Shown: positions 48,001 to 55,360 of the stretch, piece by piece
How the letters are laid out: each line of letters begins with the position of its first letter
Numbering within the stretch: position 1 is the first letter of the stretch
Source: Myxococcota bacterium
GTDB taxonomy: Bacteria > Myxococcota_A > UBA796 > UBA2385
Assembly: GCA_044344255.1 (NCBI GenBank)
Contig: JBIJDH010000023.1
Location: 1 to 64,000, forward strand
Direction of reading: 5' to 3'
Length of the DNA: 64,000 nt
Notes under the pieces: generated by a model
Told to the model about the DNA's origin: nothing
The model's database searches: none
What the model saw: only the letters and a program-made list of their open reading frames with translations
Program-made: the position numbers and the translations under genes

Positions 48001-50499
48001 GGGGATATGCCCGCCCTCGTCAAGGAGGCCGCGATCGGCGTCGCGCTTTGCGCCCCCTTCCGTCTCGCGGCGGATGCCTATGTAAAGGCGATGGCCGATG
48101 TAAAGACATTCATCACCGATCGACGGGCGAGCATCGAGGGCAATCCGATCAGCGATCCCGAGCTCACAGAGCTGAAGGCGGTGGACAAACAGATAGAGGA
48201 GGCCTTCAAGGCCCATGCCTTCGCCGTCGCCGCAGCGCTGGCCGCCTCTGGATTCTGGGTGATCGACGCGGGCGAGCAGGCCATCGCGGAGCACAAGCTC
48301 TACGAAGTGGAGCGGGTGAAGGCGGAGGACAAGGTCAAGGAGGTGGAGCTCATCTCCAACCTGGGCGTGCTCGACCAGGTGCAGGCGCTGCGCTCCCGGT
48401 ACAAGGCGGTCCTCGACATGGCGGGGGCCCGCAACTTCCCCCGCGCCAAGAAGATGGCGGAGTCGATCCCCGGGGACGCCGATCTCATCCCTCCCCTCGC
48501 GACAGCCTACAAAGAGTGTAAAGCCGCGCGCGACACCGCCGGCAAGGCGCTGGAGAAGGCCGAAGGGCACAAGAACGCCCTCGCCATCGCGCCGCTGGTC
48601 ACCAAACTGAAGGCACGCTTCGAGGTCGCAAACAAGCTGGAGCTCGGCGGCGACCGTGTCGCGGCGAAAAAGATCTTTGAGGAGCTGGCCACAGAGTGCG
48701 CCGACGCCCTCCTCGTCGCCGGCGACCATGATCAGACCCTCGATCTCGCTCGAACAGCCAAGGAGAACGGCTCTCCCTCCAATGAGCAGGTGGTGGAGGC
48801 CCGCGAGAAGGCCGAGCTGATTCGAAACAAACACCTCGAGGAGCCCGAGGCGCTCTATGTCATCGGGCCCATGACACGGGCCCATACGCTGCTCAAGGAG
48901 TCCGACGAGCTGCACAAAGGGGGCAAGTCAGCCGAGGCGCTCCAGAAGATCGGGGCCGCCCTCGAAGAGCTTGCCGCCGCACGAATCGGGATGGGACATT
49001 ATAAACAGATGGAGGCGGAGGCCAAGAGCGTTCGAAAGGCGATTGACGATCTGCTCGGGAGCCACGCACAGGCCGACTTCATTCGCCCCGACTGCGAGCG
49101 GCTGCAGGAGGGTGTGGACAAGGCCATTCAGAAGGCCCGCACCGATGGTGCCCACGAGGTCGCCTCGAAGTCCCTGGCCGACATCGACCAGTCCGTGCAT
49201 CGCCTCAAGGGGGTGGCGACCGCCCATGTCGCCTATCTGAAGGAGCGGGATGAGCTCTCCCCGGGTGTGGCGCTGTTGGAGAAACACGCGCACCGATATG
49301 CCGCCGCCACCGAGCTCAAGGATCTCCGTAAGCACCTCGCCACCGCCTCCCAGAAGGCGGATGCCCACGATCACAAAGACGCCATGGTGCTGCTCAGCGG
49401 CGCGGGACGCGCCTACGAGGCCGCCCAGCTCAAGGTGAAGATGGCCGGCAACGAGGCGCCGGGTGTGGACGATGTCCAGGCGATCCTCAAACGACCGGGG
49501 GGGGAGAAACACCTCGATAAAATCGTCGCGGGCCTCGAGCCCAGCGCCCAGCGAAAGGTGCTTCGGGCGGCGATGGAGGCCCGTTTCGGCTGCAAGCTCA
49601 ATGTCTTCCCAAACAAGGTGATGGAGGACGAATACCGAGAGTGGATCCAGGACAATCCGGACGCCAGCGAAATCGAAAAGAAGAACAAGCTCGCCGCTTG
49701 CACAGAGTCGGATGGGAACCTGAAAGGCCCCAACCTCCGCCGTTTCTACGATGTCATGTCTGACCTCCCCGACACCCACACCAAGGAGAATGACAGCATG
49801 CAGGTCTTCTCTGAGGTGAGCGGACCGGCGAAGGGCTCCGCCTACAACACAGGGCGGAAGGAGGTCATGATGCGGGAGGGCGCTTTCCAGAAGAGCGGCG
49901 ACTATCTCATCGCTCAGGAGCACGAGATCGAGGCTCCCGATCCCGAGTGTACGCCCGTCCCAGGCAGGGATCTGAGCTACTTCGACTGGAACACGCTGCA
50001 TGAGGTCGGCCACGCGGTGGACGACAAGCACAACTTCATGAAACGGAACGGAAAGACCCTCGCAGGCTGGGAGGATTACGGAAACAACGTGCTCCCCATC
50101 GCGACGGCCATCGCGAAGAAACACAAATACGACGCGGGCTATATCACCGCCTACATGGGTGGAGAGGCAAAACCCGCGATCCCCGAGCCGGTGGACTGCG
50201 ACGCCGATGAGTGGGAGCGGCGGCGGGTGATCTGCCGGTTGTGGGTGGATAACGCCCGGTTCGGCAAGGACCCCTGGTCAAGCGCCGCATCCGCCAAGGC
50301 GCTCGAGATCGAAGGGGTCGTCTACCACGAGAGCTACGAGAACAGCTGGTCGAGCTACCCCCTGGCCGAACGCGCAAAGGGGGTGAGCGGCTACCAGTTC
50401 CGGGCCCCCGGCGAGTGGTTTGCCGAGCTCTACGCCGCCTACCACAGCGGCAAGATGAACCCCTCCCACCCCGCCCGTTCCTGGCTGGCCGACCTGTAG
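45085..50499 (+). CDS. Giant (~1800 aa) alpha-helical repeat protein with a C-terminal HEXXH...E zinc-metallopeptidase-like domain
   Basis: Ala/Lys/Glu-rich helical repeats; TLHEVGHAVD (CAT at 49999) and GEWFAELY (~50413). TTG 45085 has GAGGA upstream; ORF-track start is 45025. No signal peptide. Confidence 0.8.
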   Translation: MDSETTRSKKKTSPKLAFLRLLTRGGGGGGGGDKEPTSSESSGSEAIDLGPGLAAAREKLGELDITLLAWEQGGFGEGWKALRLRHGQFAKALEQVADAKDRVAAQKALLQVTRGISEAAGSAADTLDRWKRWDRSSKQLEPLVTAALKRGAGEVQKIRSTWALAGEKAEAGDPVEALSLLSPLILLIREADKAEKTQVQEETAGMVDMDQTKVQLLTAKWNSLWGKMAPLVQSTLEKGIAERTRLEATWAFAHEKAELGQQTGSVADLTLALQTLVEVKKIIDNAVVDETVPKGTVVKAKQLLEGESEGKRVHALLLSTRSTATKVSTRLTKAFEPKTPEAIEKQIEKIDKLLYTGSEADLEKLEKAATDAAEEIVKLEELARQPLIDKGRWEKDVALFKARLVSLTNHKAANGKMVKPLVKGVTDGLDAAELKATALTWALASQDLPALYLRCDEVEKQADSIAELIAVQADRKERLASLPDVGTIAHDVPKEAVKAALKLMKDGGVEAQAGRYDAAKVLYNKIPEAVALAQDLVGLAAMYAVDYPVAVQDVINIAAWDQAVKDEIVAEQASHKKLVEDADFDKTKSFALSTRKLRDANGFVSLLVGRRKQITAWLSRLKEFDLRLKAVKEHKGRIAIEEHFARLTSDRVFALKKVTEKDFYAAEKVLAASEGEQTAKLALADIGEDYIGKKKKLDEDIDKVLKAKNGSLAATFITDARAHISAGEAMKTAGQWPEAVKCLEQAAARVTLAEKVLGEDKGLKDLKDDGKLDNIATDFPAAYDVYEKMLSHVQGKDDGTFATPLKAATAAGKRAEEAAKKETPDYGAARIALDQAMKVCEDVLVLITRKPAYDSNRSAVVTAHGTTLPPLNDENCIDQLIQDIGAALDLAAELAKSPVFNYAEAEGKLSEAQNLVAKAKVNAEAWKTAKPDVKTIQETHKYISTPIRKKGMGAEVARLEKIGEKMEELVKKGDMPALVKEAAIGVALCAPFRLAADAYVKAMADVKTFITDRRASIEGNPISDPELTELKAVDKQIEEAFKAHAFAVAAALAASGFWVIDAGEQAIAEHKLYEVERVKAEDKVKEVELISNLGVLDQVQALRSRYKAVLDMAGARNFPRAKKMAESIPGDADLIPPLATAYKECKAARDTAGKALEKAEGHKNALAIAPLVTKLKARFEVANKLELGGDRVAAKKIFEELATECADALLVAGDHDQTLDLARTAKENGSPSNEQVVEAREKAELIRNKHLEEPEALYVIGPMTRAHTLLKESDELHKGGKSAEALQKIGAALEELAAARIGMGHYKQMEAEAKSVRKAIDDLLGSHAQADFIRPDCERLQEGVDKAIQKARTDGAHEVASKSLADIDQSVHRLKGVATAHVAYLKERDELSPGVALLEKHAHRYAAATELKDLRKHLATASQKADAHDHKDAMVLLSGAGRAYEAAQLKVKMAGNEAPGVDDVQAILKRPGGEKHLDKIVAGLEPSAQRKVLRAAMEARFGCKLNVFPNKVMEDEYREWIQDNPDASEIEKKNKLAACTESDGNLKGPNLRRFYDVMSDLPDTHTKENDSMQVFSEVSGPAKGSAYNTGRKEVMMREGAFQKSGDYLIAQEHEIEAPDPECTPVPGRDLSYFDWNTLHEVGHAVDDKHNFMKRNGKTLAGWEDYGNNVLPIATAIAKKHKYDAGYITAYMGGEAKPAIPEPVDCDADEWERRRVICRLWVDNARFGKDPWSSAASAKALEIEGVVYHESYENSWSSYPLAERAKGVSGYQFRAPGEWFAELYAAYHSGKMNPSHPARSWLADL

Positions 50500-50518
50500 T
50501 CCGCCTGGAGGCTCCAAT

Positions 50519-51217
50519 ATGTCTCTCTTCCGTCCCATGAATGTCCAGTGCCCGAAGTGCGACGCCATCGTCAACATGAGCGCCGTGGGCAGCGTAAACG
50601 CGGATCGGCGCGCCGATCTGCGGGCCGCCATCCTCGCCGACACCTTCCAGGACACCACCTGCGAGGCCTGCGGCAACGTCTGTCGCCTCCCGCCCGAATT
50701 CAACTACCTCGACGTCGGCCGGGGTCAGTGGCTCGCCAGCCTGTCGGCCGACCGTCTCCCTGACTTCCTGGAGGCCGAAGACGAGGCGCAGGCGGCCTTT
50801 GACGCCTCCTACGGCAAGAACGCATCGCCTGCGGCCCGCGAGATCGGGGAGGGCCTCGCCGCCCGGGTGACCTTCGGCTGGCCAGCCCTCCGGGAGAAGC
50901 TCCTGATCCGCGAGCAGGGCCTCGACGACGTCGTCGTGGAGATGGTCAAGCTCGAGCTCTTCCGGCGGCTCCCCGACGCCAGCCTCTCCCCGGGGGTCGA
51001 GCTCCGCCTCCTCGATGGGGCAGGCGACCTCCTCGTCTTCGGCTGGGTCGAGTCGGACTCCGAGGAGGTGCGGCAGGAGCTGCGGGTGCGGCGCGACCTC
51101 TACGACACCATCGCCGCTGACGCCGAGGGCTGGAAGGGGGTCCGCGCCAGGCTGACGGACGGCCCCTTCGTCGACATACAGAAGCTCGTCTTTGGCGAGG
51201 GTCGCCCGAGCGCCTGA
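50519..51217 (+). CDS. CpXC-domain (zinc-ribbon) protein
   Basis: CPKC...SVNAD....L..AI......CEACG.......YLD; R..FG...LREK; GGAGG RBS; 19 nt after the giant ORF. Confidence 0.8.
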   Translation: MSLFRPMNVQCPKCDAIVNMSAVGSVNADRRADLRAAILADTFQDTTCEACGNVCRLPPEFNYLDVGRGQWLASLSADRLPDFLEAEDEAQAAFDASYGKNASPAAREIGEGLAARVTFGWPALREKLLIREQGLDDVVVEMVKLELFRRLPDASLSPGVELRLLDGAGDLLVFGWVESDSEEVRQELRVRRDLYDTIAADAEGWKGVRARLTDGPFVDIQKLVFGEGRPSA

Positions 51218-51274
51218 GGCACCCTGTCGGAGCGCAGGCAGAAGAGCGGGCCCATCCTGTAGGCGCAGTCGTCC

Positions 51275-51348
51275 AGGCGATCGGGGGGATGAACACCCCG
51301 TGGATGAGCCTGTTCGTGGGGTCCTGATGAGCCTCCCCGGCGAGGCTG
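51275..51348 (-). pseudogene. Degenerate duplicated fragment of the DUF962 5' end (right copy of the 74-bp repeat)
   Basis: Translates SLAGEAHQDPTNRLIHGVFIPPIA vs SLYGESHRNPTNKLIHWVFIPPIA. Confidence 0.85.
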
Positions 51349-51361
51349 GCACGGCGCGTGC
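51347..51361 (+). promoter_or_regulatory. Putative sigma54 (-24/-12) promoter
   Basis: TGGCACG-gcgc-GTGC with exact GG-N10-GC spacing, ~90 nt upstream of the hemerythrin gene. Confidence 0.55.
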
Positions 51362-51451
51362 GGTGTCCTGCGCCGCCCCCTCTCTTTTTGGCTCTCTTGG
51401 GCGAGCGGGCCCATCCCCCGGGGAACCCCATCCCCCAAGGAACGAGGAACG

Positions 51452-52717
51452 ATGTCTGTCCCCCCCGCACCCGCGCCCATAGACCCCGACGAGACGCTCG
51501 GCCTCGTCGCGCGGATCCTCGACACCCACCACGCCCTCCTGCGGCAAGAGCTCCCGCGACTGGGGGAGGCCCTCCGCGGTCGAGATCGCGGGCTGGTGGG
51601 CCCCTTCGTCGAGCTGCGCGCGCTCCTCGAGGCCCACCTTTGGAAGGAGGAGGTCATCCTCTTCCCAGCGATCCAAGCGCTCGCGCGGGGAGAGGCCGGA
51701 GGCGGCTGCGGCGTGGAGGCGCCCATTCGACAGATGAGCTTCGAGCACGAGAAGATCCGAGAGCTGGAAGAGGTGTTGCGGGGAGCGGCCTCGCTCGCCG
51801 GCGCCGAGGCGGGTGCGCTCGTCGCCCTGCTCGACGATCTGGCCGTCCACGCCCGCACCGAAGATGAAGCGCTCTTCCCCGCCGCGCTCTCCTTGGCCGC
51901 GAGCGGCGTGGAGGTGAGCCCCCCCGAGGCGCCGGCCGAGCCCCCGTCGGCGCCCAGAACGAAGACCCTGCCTCCCCCCATCGCCGTGCCGGACAGCCCC
52001 TTCTCGCTCCGCCACCTCGGCTGGAGCGGGCTCGAGCTCCGCCACGGGGGGCTCCGCCTCTCGGTCGATCCCCCGGAGCCGGTCGAGGGGCCGATCGCCC
52101 TCTCCTGGTCCGAGCAGGAGCGCGTCCGGGGCGCTCGGGCCAGCCGTGGGCCCTTCGCGGCGGCCCAGCCCATCCTGTCCTGGCTGGCGCTCCACGGCAT
52201 GCCCCTCGAGGAGGGACGCGCCGTGCCCTTCGGCGGCTGGATGGTGTCGGTGAAGGCGTACCGGCCGATCCCGTACGCCACAGCCCCCGAGGCCGCGCGA
52301 AAGGTGCTCTCCGGGCTCCGCTCCCCTGCGGTCGCGGCCGGCCGCCTCGCCTTCACGCTCCGCCGTCCGAGCGCCCTGCCCCTCGCGCTCCGCCTCGATG
52401 TCCACGGGCGCCGGGCCGTCCTCCTCGGTCAAGCGCTCCACCGCTTCCTCACCCCCGAGGAGCACAGGGCCCTCGTCACCTGGGCGGGGCGGGCCGACCT
52501 CGTCGTCGCGGGCACCGACTACGACGACGAGGCTGCGACCGGCTCGCTCCTCGCGGCCTTTGATGCGGGCGAGCGCGTCATCGCCGACCTCACCGGGCAG
52601 GTGCGACGCGCCCTCCATTTGCCCGTCCGGACCCTCGATCATGCCCTCGCGGCCGCTCCAACGGGCACGCATGGCCTCTCCGCTGGGAGCGGGGTCGGCG
52701 GCCCCTTAGCCGGCTGA
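51452..52717 (+). CDS. Ric/YtfE-like hemerythrin domain fused to a degenerate MBL-like domain
   Basis: HH..LR.ELP.L, H..KEE.ILFP, PI..M..EH, H...E...LFP; C-terminal LRHLGWSG.EL...LRLSVDP resembles an MBL N-terminus but lacks HxHxDH. Confidence 0.7.
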   Translation: MSVPPAPAPIDPDETLGLVARILDTHHALLRQELPRLGEALRGRDRGLVGPFVELRALLEAHLWKEEVILFPAIQALARGEAGGGCGVEAPIRQMSFEHEKIRELEEVLRGAASLAGAEAGALVALLDDLAVHARTEDEALFPAALSLAASGVEVSPPEAPAEPPSAPRTKTLPPPIAVPDSPFSLRHLGWSGLELRHGGLRLSVDPPEPVEGPIALSWSEQERVRGARASRGPFAAAQPILSWLALHGMPLEEGRAVPFGGWMVSVKAYRPIPYATAPEAARKVLSGLRSPAVAAGRLAFTLRRPSALPLALRLDVHGRRAVLLGQALHRFLTPEEHRALVTWAGRADLVVAGTDYDDEAATGSLLAAFDAGERVIADLTGQVRRALHLPVRTLDHALAAAPTGTHGLSAGSGVGGPLAG

Positions 52718-52771
52718 CGAGGGCCCCGGCATGGGGCGGGGGCTCCGGCATTTGACGGAGGGCGCGGTCGC

Positions 52772-53440
52772 TCAGGCCCCCGTGCGCAGGTCCACGGTGA
52801 TGACCACCTCGTCTCGGATGAGGTCGTCGGGCTTGCCGGGGAAGGCGATGCCGAAGTCCTGGCGGTTGATGACGAACTCGGTCTTCACGGTGGCCGCGCC
52901 GGCACCCGCGGTGATCTTCGCGGGCACCTCGAGGCGCTTGGTGACGCCGTGGAGCGTCAGATCGCCGATGATCGTGCTGTTGGCGCCCTCGAGCTTGGAG
53001 TCGGCGGGGGCGCCGGCCTTGATCTCGGTCGAGACGAAGGTGGCCGAGGGGAAGGCGGCGACGTTGAAGAAGTCGGGGCTCTGGAGGTGGCCGTCGAGCT
53101 TGGCCGAGTCGGTCTTCACGGTGGAGACGTTCACCTCGACGCGGCCGCCGGTCAGCTTGTCGCCGTCTACGGAGAGGCTCCCTGTCCAGCCGCCGAAGGT
53201 GCCGGTGTGAGACTTGGTGATCTTCGCCCCGACGAAGCCCACGGAGCCGACGGCCGCGAGGGCCGTGCCCGGGAAGGAGGGCGTCGCGGCGGCCGGCGCC
53301 GCGGCGGAGGGAGCGGCCGGAGTGGCCGGAGCGGCGGGCGCGGCGGCCGGCGGGGCCTCGCTCACCTTGGCGGCGGACTTGTCCTCGGCGGGGTTGGCGC
53401 AGGCGAGAGCGAGACAAGACAGGAGGGCGATACGGTACAA
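52772..53440 (-). CDS. YceI-family lipoprotein
   Basis: Lipobox ALAC; H.G.F...G, D.HL.S.DFF.V..FP.A.F.S, GDLTLHGVTK, INRQDFGI. Confidence 0.92.
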   Translation of the reverse strand: MYRIALLSCLALACANPAEDKSAAKVSEAPPAAAPAAPATPAAPSAAAPAAATPSFPGTALAAVGSVGFVGAKITKSHTGTFGGWTGSLSVDGDKLTGGRVEVNVSTVKTDSAKLDGHLQSPDFFNVAAFPSATFVSTEIKAGAPADSKLEGANSTIIGDLTLHGVTKRLEVPAKITAGAGAATVKTEFVINRQDFGIAFPGKPDDLIRDEVVITVDLRTGA

Positions 53441-53484
53441 GGGGGCTCCAGGTGACGGTGACCCGGGTTGCTAGCCCAAGAACG

Positions 53485-53540
53485 GGCCGAGCGCACGCCG
53501 GTCGAGCGCAGGCCGGTCGAGCGCAGGCTGGCCGAGGGCC
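53485..53540. repeat. 15-nt tandem repeat (about 3.5 copies) in a divergent intergenic region
   Basis: ggccgagcgcacgcc / ggtcgagcgcaggcc / ggtcgagcgcaggct / ggccgagggcc. Confidence 0.8.
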
Positions 53541-53602
53541 GGCGCGGGCGATCACCGGGGGACGTGATAAGGTGGCCTCGGCGAAATTCCGAGAGGCCCC
53601 CC

Positions 53603-54814
53603 ATGCCCGACGTCACCCAGCGTTCCACCACGACGACCACCGCGCGCACCACCTCCGGTGGCAGCAGCACCGCCTCGGGGGGCCGCACCGGCGCCGGGGA
53701 GCGGGGCAACGCCGCGGCGCAGGACGACCTGCGCGCCGGTGCCAAGCCGCGGGTGGTGGCCTATCTCACGCAGAACAGCACCACGCACCAGAACGACGAG
53801 ATCCCCGAGACGCTCGCCGCCCTCCAGAAGGCCGATCAGAGCGGCCTCGGAAAGAAGAGCCTGATCCCGATCTCGGATCCCTACGCCGACGGCCACGAGA
53901 CCGACGGCTACACCTTCGGGTCGGCCAACAAGGACAAGCTCGGCTGGTGGCAGGGGGACCCCTCCCTTCAGCCCGGCCAGGCCAAGCTCGGCGCCGAGAC
54001 GCTGACCCTCGGCGTCGACGACCCCACCGGCAGCTCCGAGGAGGCCGTGAAGATCGGCGCTGACTGGTCGAAGGCCCTCCTCGCCCTCGGCATGGACGCC
54101 GCCACCACCGGTCGTGTCGTGGCCGCCCTCTTCAAAGACTCCGACGGCAACCCGAAGCTCTACGCTTCGGGCGGTCGGGCCTGTAACGAGCTCATGCAGA
54201 TGGTCTATGTGCTCTATCGGGCCGAACAGGGTGAGTTTGAGCTCAGCGGCATCGTGCTCTCGGGGCACCACTACTCCGGCACGGACTACCTGTTCGGGGA
54301 GAGCGCGCCGCACGAGTACGACACGAAGGACAGCTTCAATTTTCATGACCTCGAGGCCCTGAAGCCGGTCTTCCCGAAGGCCTTCGCTGATGTTGACAGC
54401 GTACAGTTCTCGGCCTGCAACACCCACGACATCGCGATGAACGACGCGCAAGGTAACGAGCAGTCCACCGGCGACTGGGTGAAGAACACCTTCCCCAACT
54501 CGGAGAGCTCGGCCTGGTGGTCGGGCATCGCGCCTGGCTCGGACATGGCCTCCTTCTTCTCGGGTGAGTTCGCCCTCGACCAGGCCAAGAAGGAGAAGGG
54601 GGACAGCGCCGCGTTTGGCGACGCCCTCTTCCGACAGACCAGCAAGGGGGAGTTCCATCGCGGTCAGACGGGCGCCGACGGCAAGATGGCCGAGACCCCC
54701 CTCCAGAAGAACGGGAGCTCCTACAGCTACAACGACTACAAGGGGCTGCGGAACTCGAACGGGCAGGCCTTCCACAAGCGCCCTGACCTGATGAAGTACG
54801 TCCACCAGAAGTAG
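53603..54814 (+). CDS. Hypothetical protein with a low-complexity N-terminus (GNAAAQ) and a possible caspase-fold His/Cys peptidase domain
   Basis: GAGG RBS; IVLSGHH and VQFSACNT motifs; no signal peptide. Confidence 0.7.
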   Translation: MPDVTQRSTTTTTARTTSGGSSTASGGRTGAGERGNAAAQDDLRAGAKPRVVAYLTQNSTTHQNDEIPETLAALQKADQSGLGKKSLIPISDPYADGHETDGYTFGSANKDKLGWWQGDPSLQPGQAKLGAETLTLGVDDPTGSSEEAVKIGADWSKALLALGMDAATTGRVVAALFKDSDGNPKLYASGGRACNELMQMVYVLYRAEQGEFELSGIVLSGHHYSGTDYLFGESAPHEYDTKDSFNFHDLEALKPVFPKAFADVDSVQFSACNTHDIAMNDAQGNEQSTGDWVKNTFPNSESSAWWSGIAPGSDMASFFSGEFALDQAKKEKGDSAAFGDALFRQTSKGEFHRGQTGADGKMAETPLQKNGSSYSYNDYKGLRNSNGQAFHKRPDLMKYVHQK

Positions 54815-54820
54815 TCGGGC

Positions 54821-55234
54821 GTGATGAGCTGGCTGCTGCTGCTGACCCTCAGCGCACAGGGACAGGATCTCGGAGACGCGCTCGTGGCCCCGCCGCCTCC
54901 GCGGGGCGCCGGTGGGGTCGATGTGGCGCTCCGGAGCCGGCGCTTCGAGCTCGACGGTGTCCCCTGGTACGGGCTGCGATGGGCCACGGTCACCTGGACG
55001 ACCACCCTCGGGGATGGCACGGAGATCTCGACCACGACTCGCTTCTGGGGCACGAAGCGCTGTGAGCTGCGCCTCCCCCTCGGCGAGGCGGGCCCGGTCA
55101 CGCTCCACATCGCCCAGCGTGGCCCGCTGCCGGCACCCCTCGAGCCCCGCCTGCCGGAGGGCTGGACCGCCGAGGGCGCCGGCTGGAAGGGCGGCGGGCC
55201 CGGGGAGATCGTGCTCCGCCTGCCCGGCTGTTGA
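54821..55234 (+). CDS. Small exported hypothetical protein
   Basis: Signal-peptide-like N-terminus; begins 6 nt after the upstream stop. Confidence 0.55.
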   Translation: MMSWLLLLTLSAQGQDLGDALVAPPPPRGAGGVDVALRSRRFELDGVPWYGLRWATVTWTTTLGDGTEISTTTRFWGTKRCELRLPLGEAGPVTLHIAQRGPLPAPLEPRLPEGWTAEGAGWKGGGPGEIVLRLPGC

Positions 55235-55360
55235 CGGAGCCGGGCGCAGAGGGAGATCTGCGGGCCGGACAGCGCCTGTCCGCCCTCCCTGGACCCGACC
55301 GGCTAGGAGACAGGGGCTCACCCGTTGAGCGTCGTCCCCCGCGCGGGGTGGAGAGGCGGA

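Noticed and set aside
44965..48915. 1316-aa minus-strand ORF (also 6642-9428, 38683-41166, 50144-52672, 53552-56080, 56593-58842 and similar)
   Set aside because: Antisense shadows of well-supported genes, expected from the scarcity of stop codons in high-GC DNA; no motifs.
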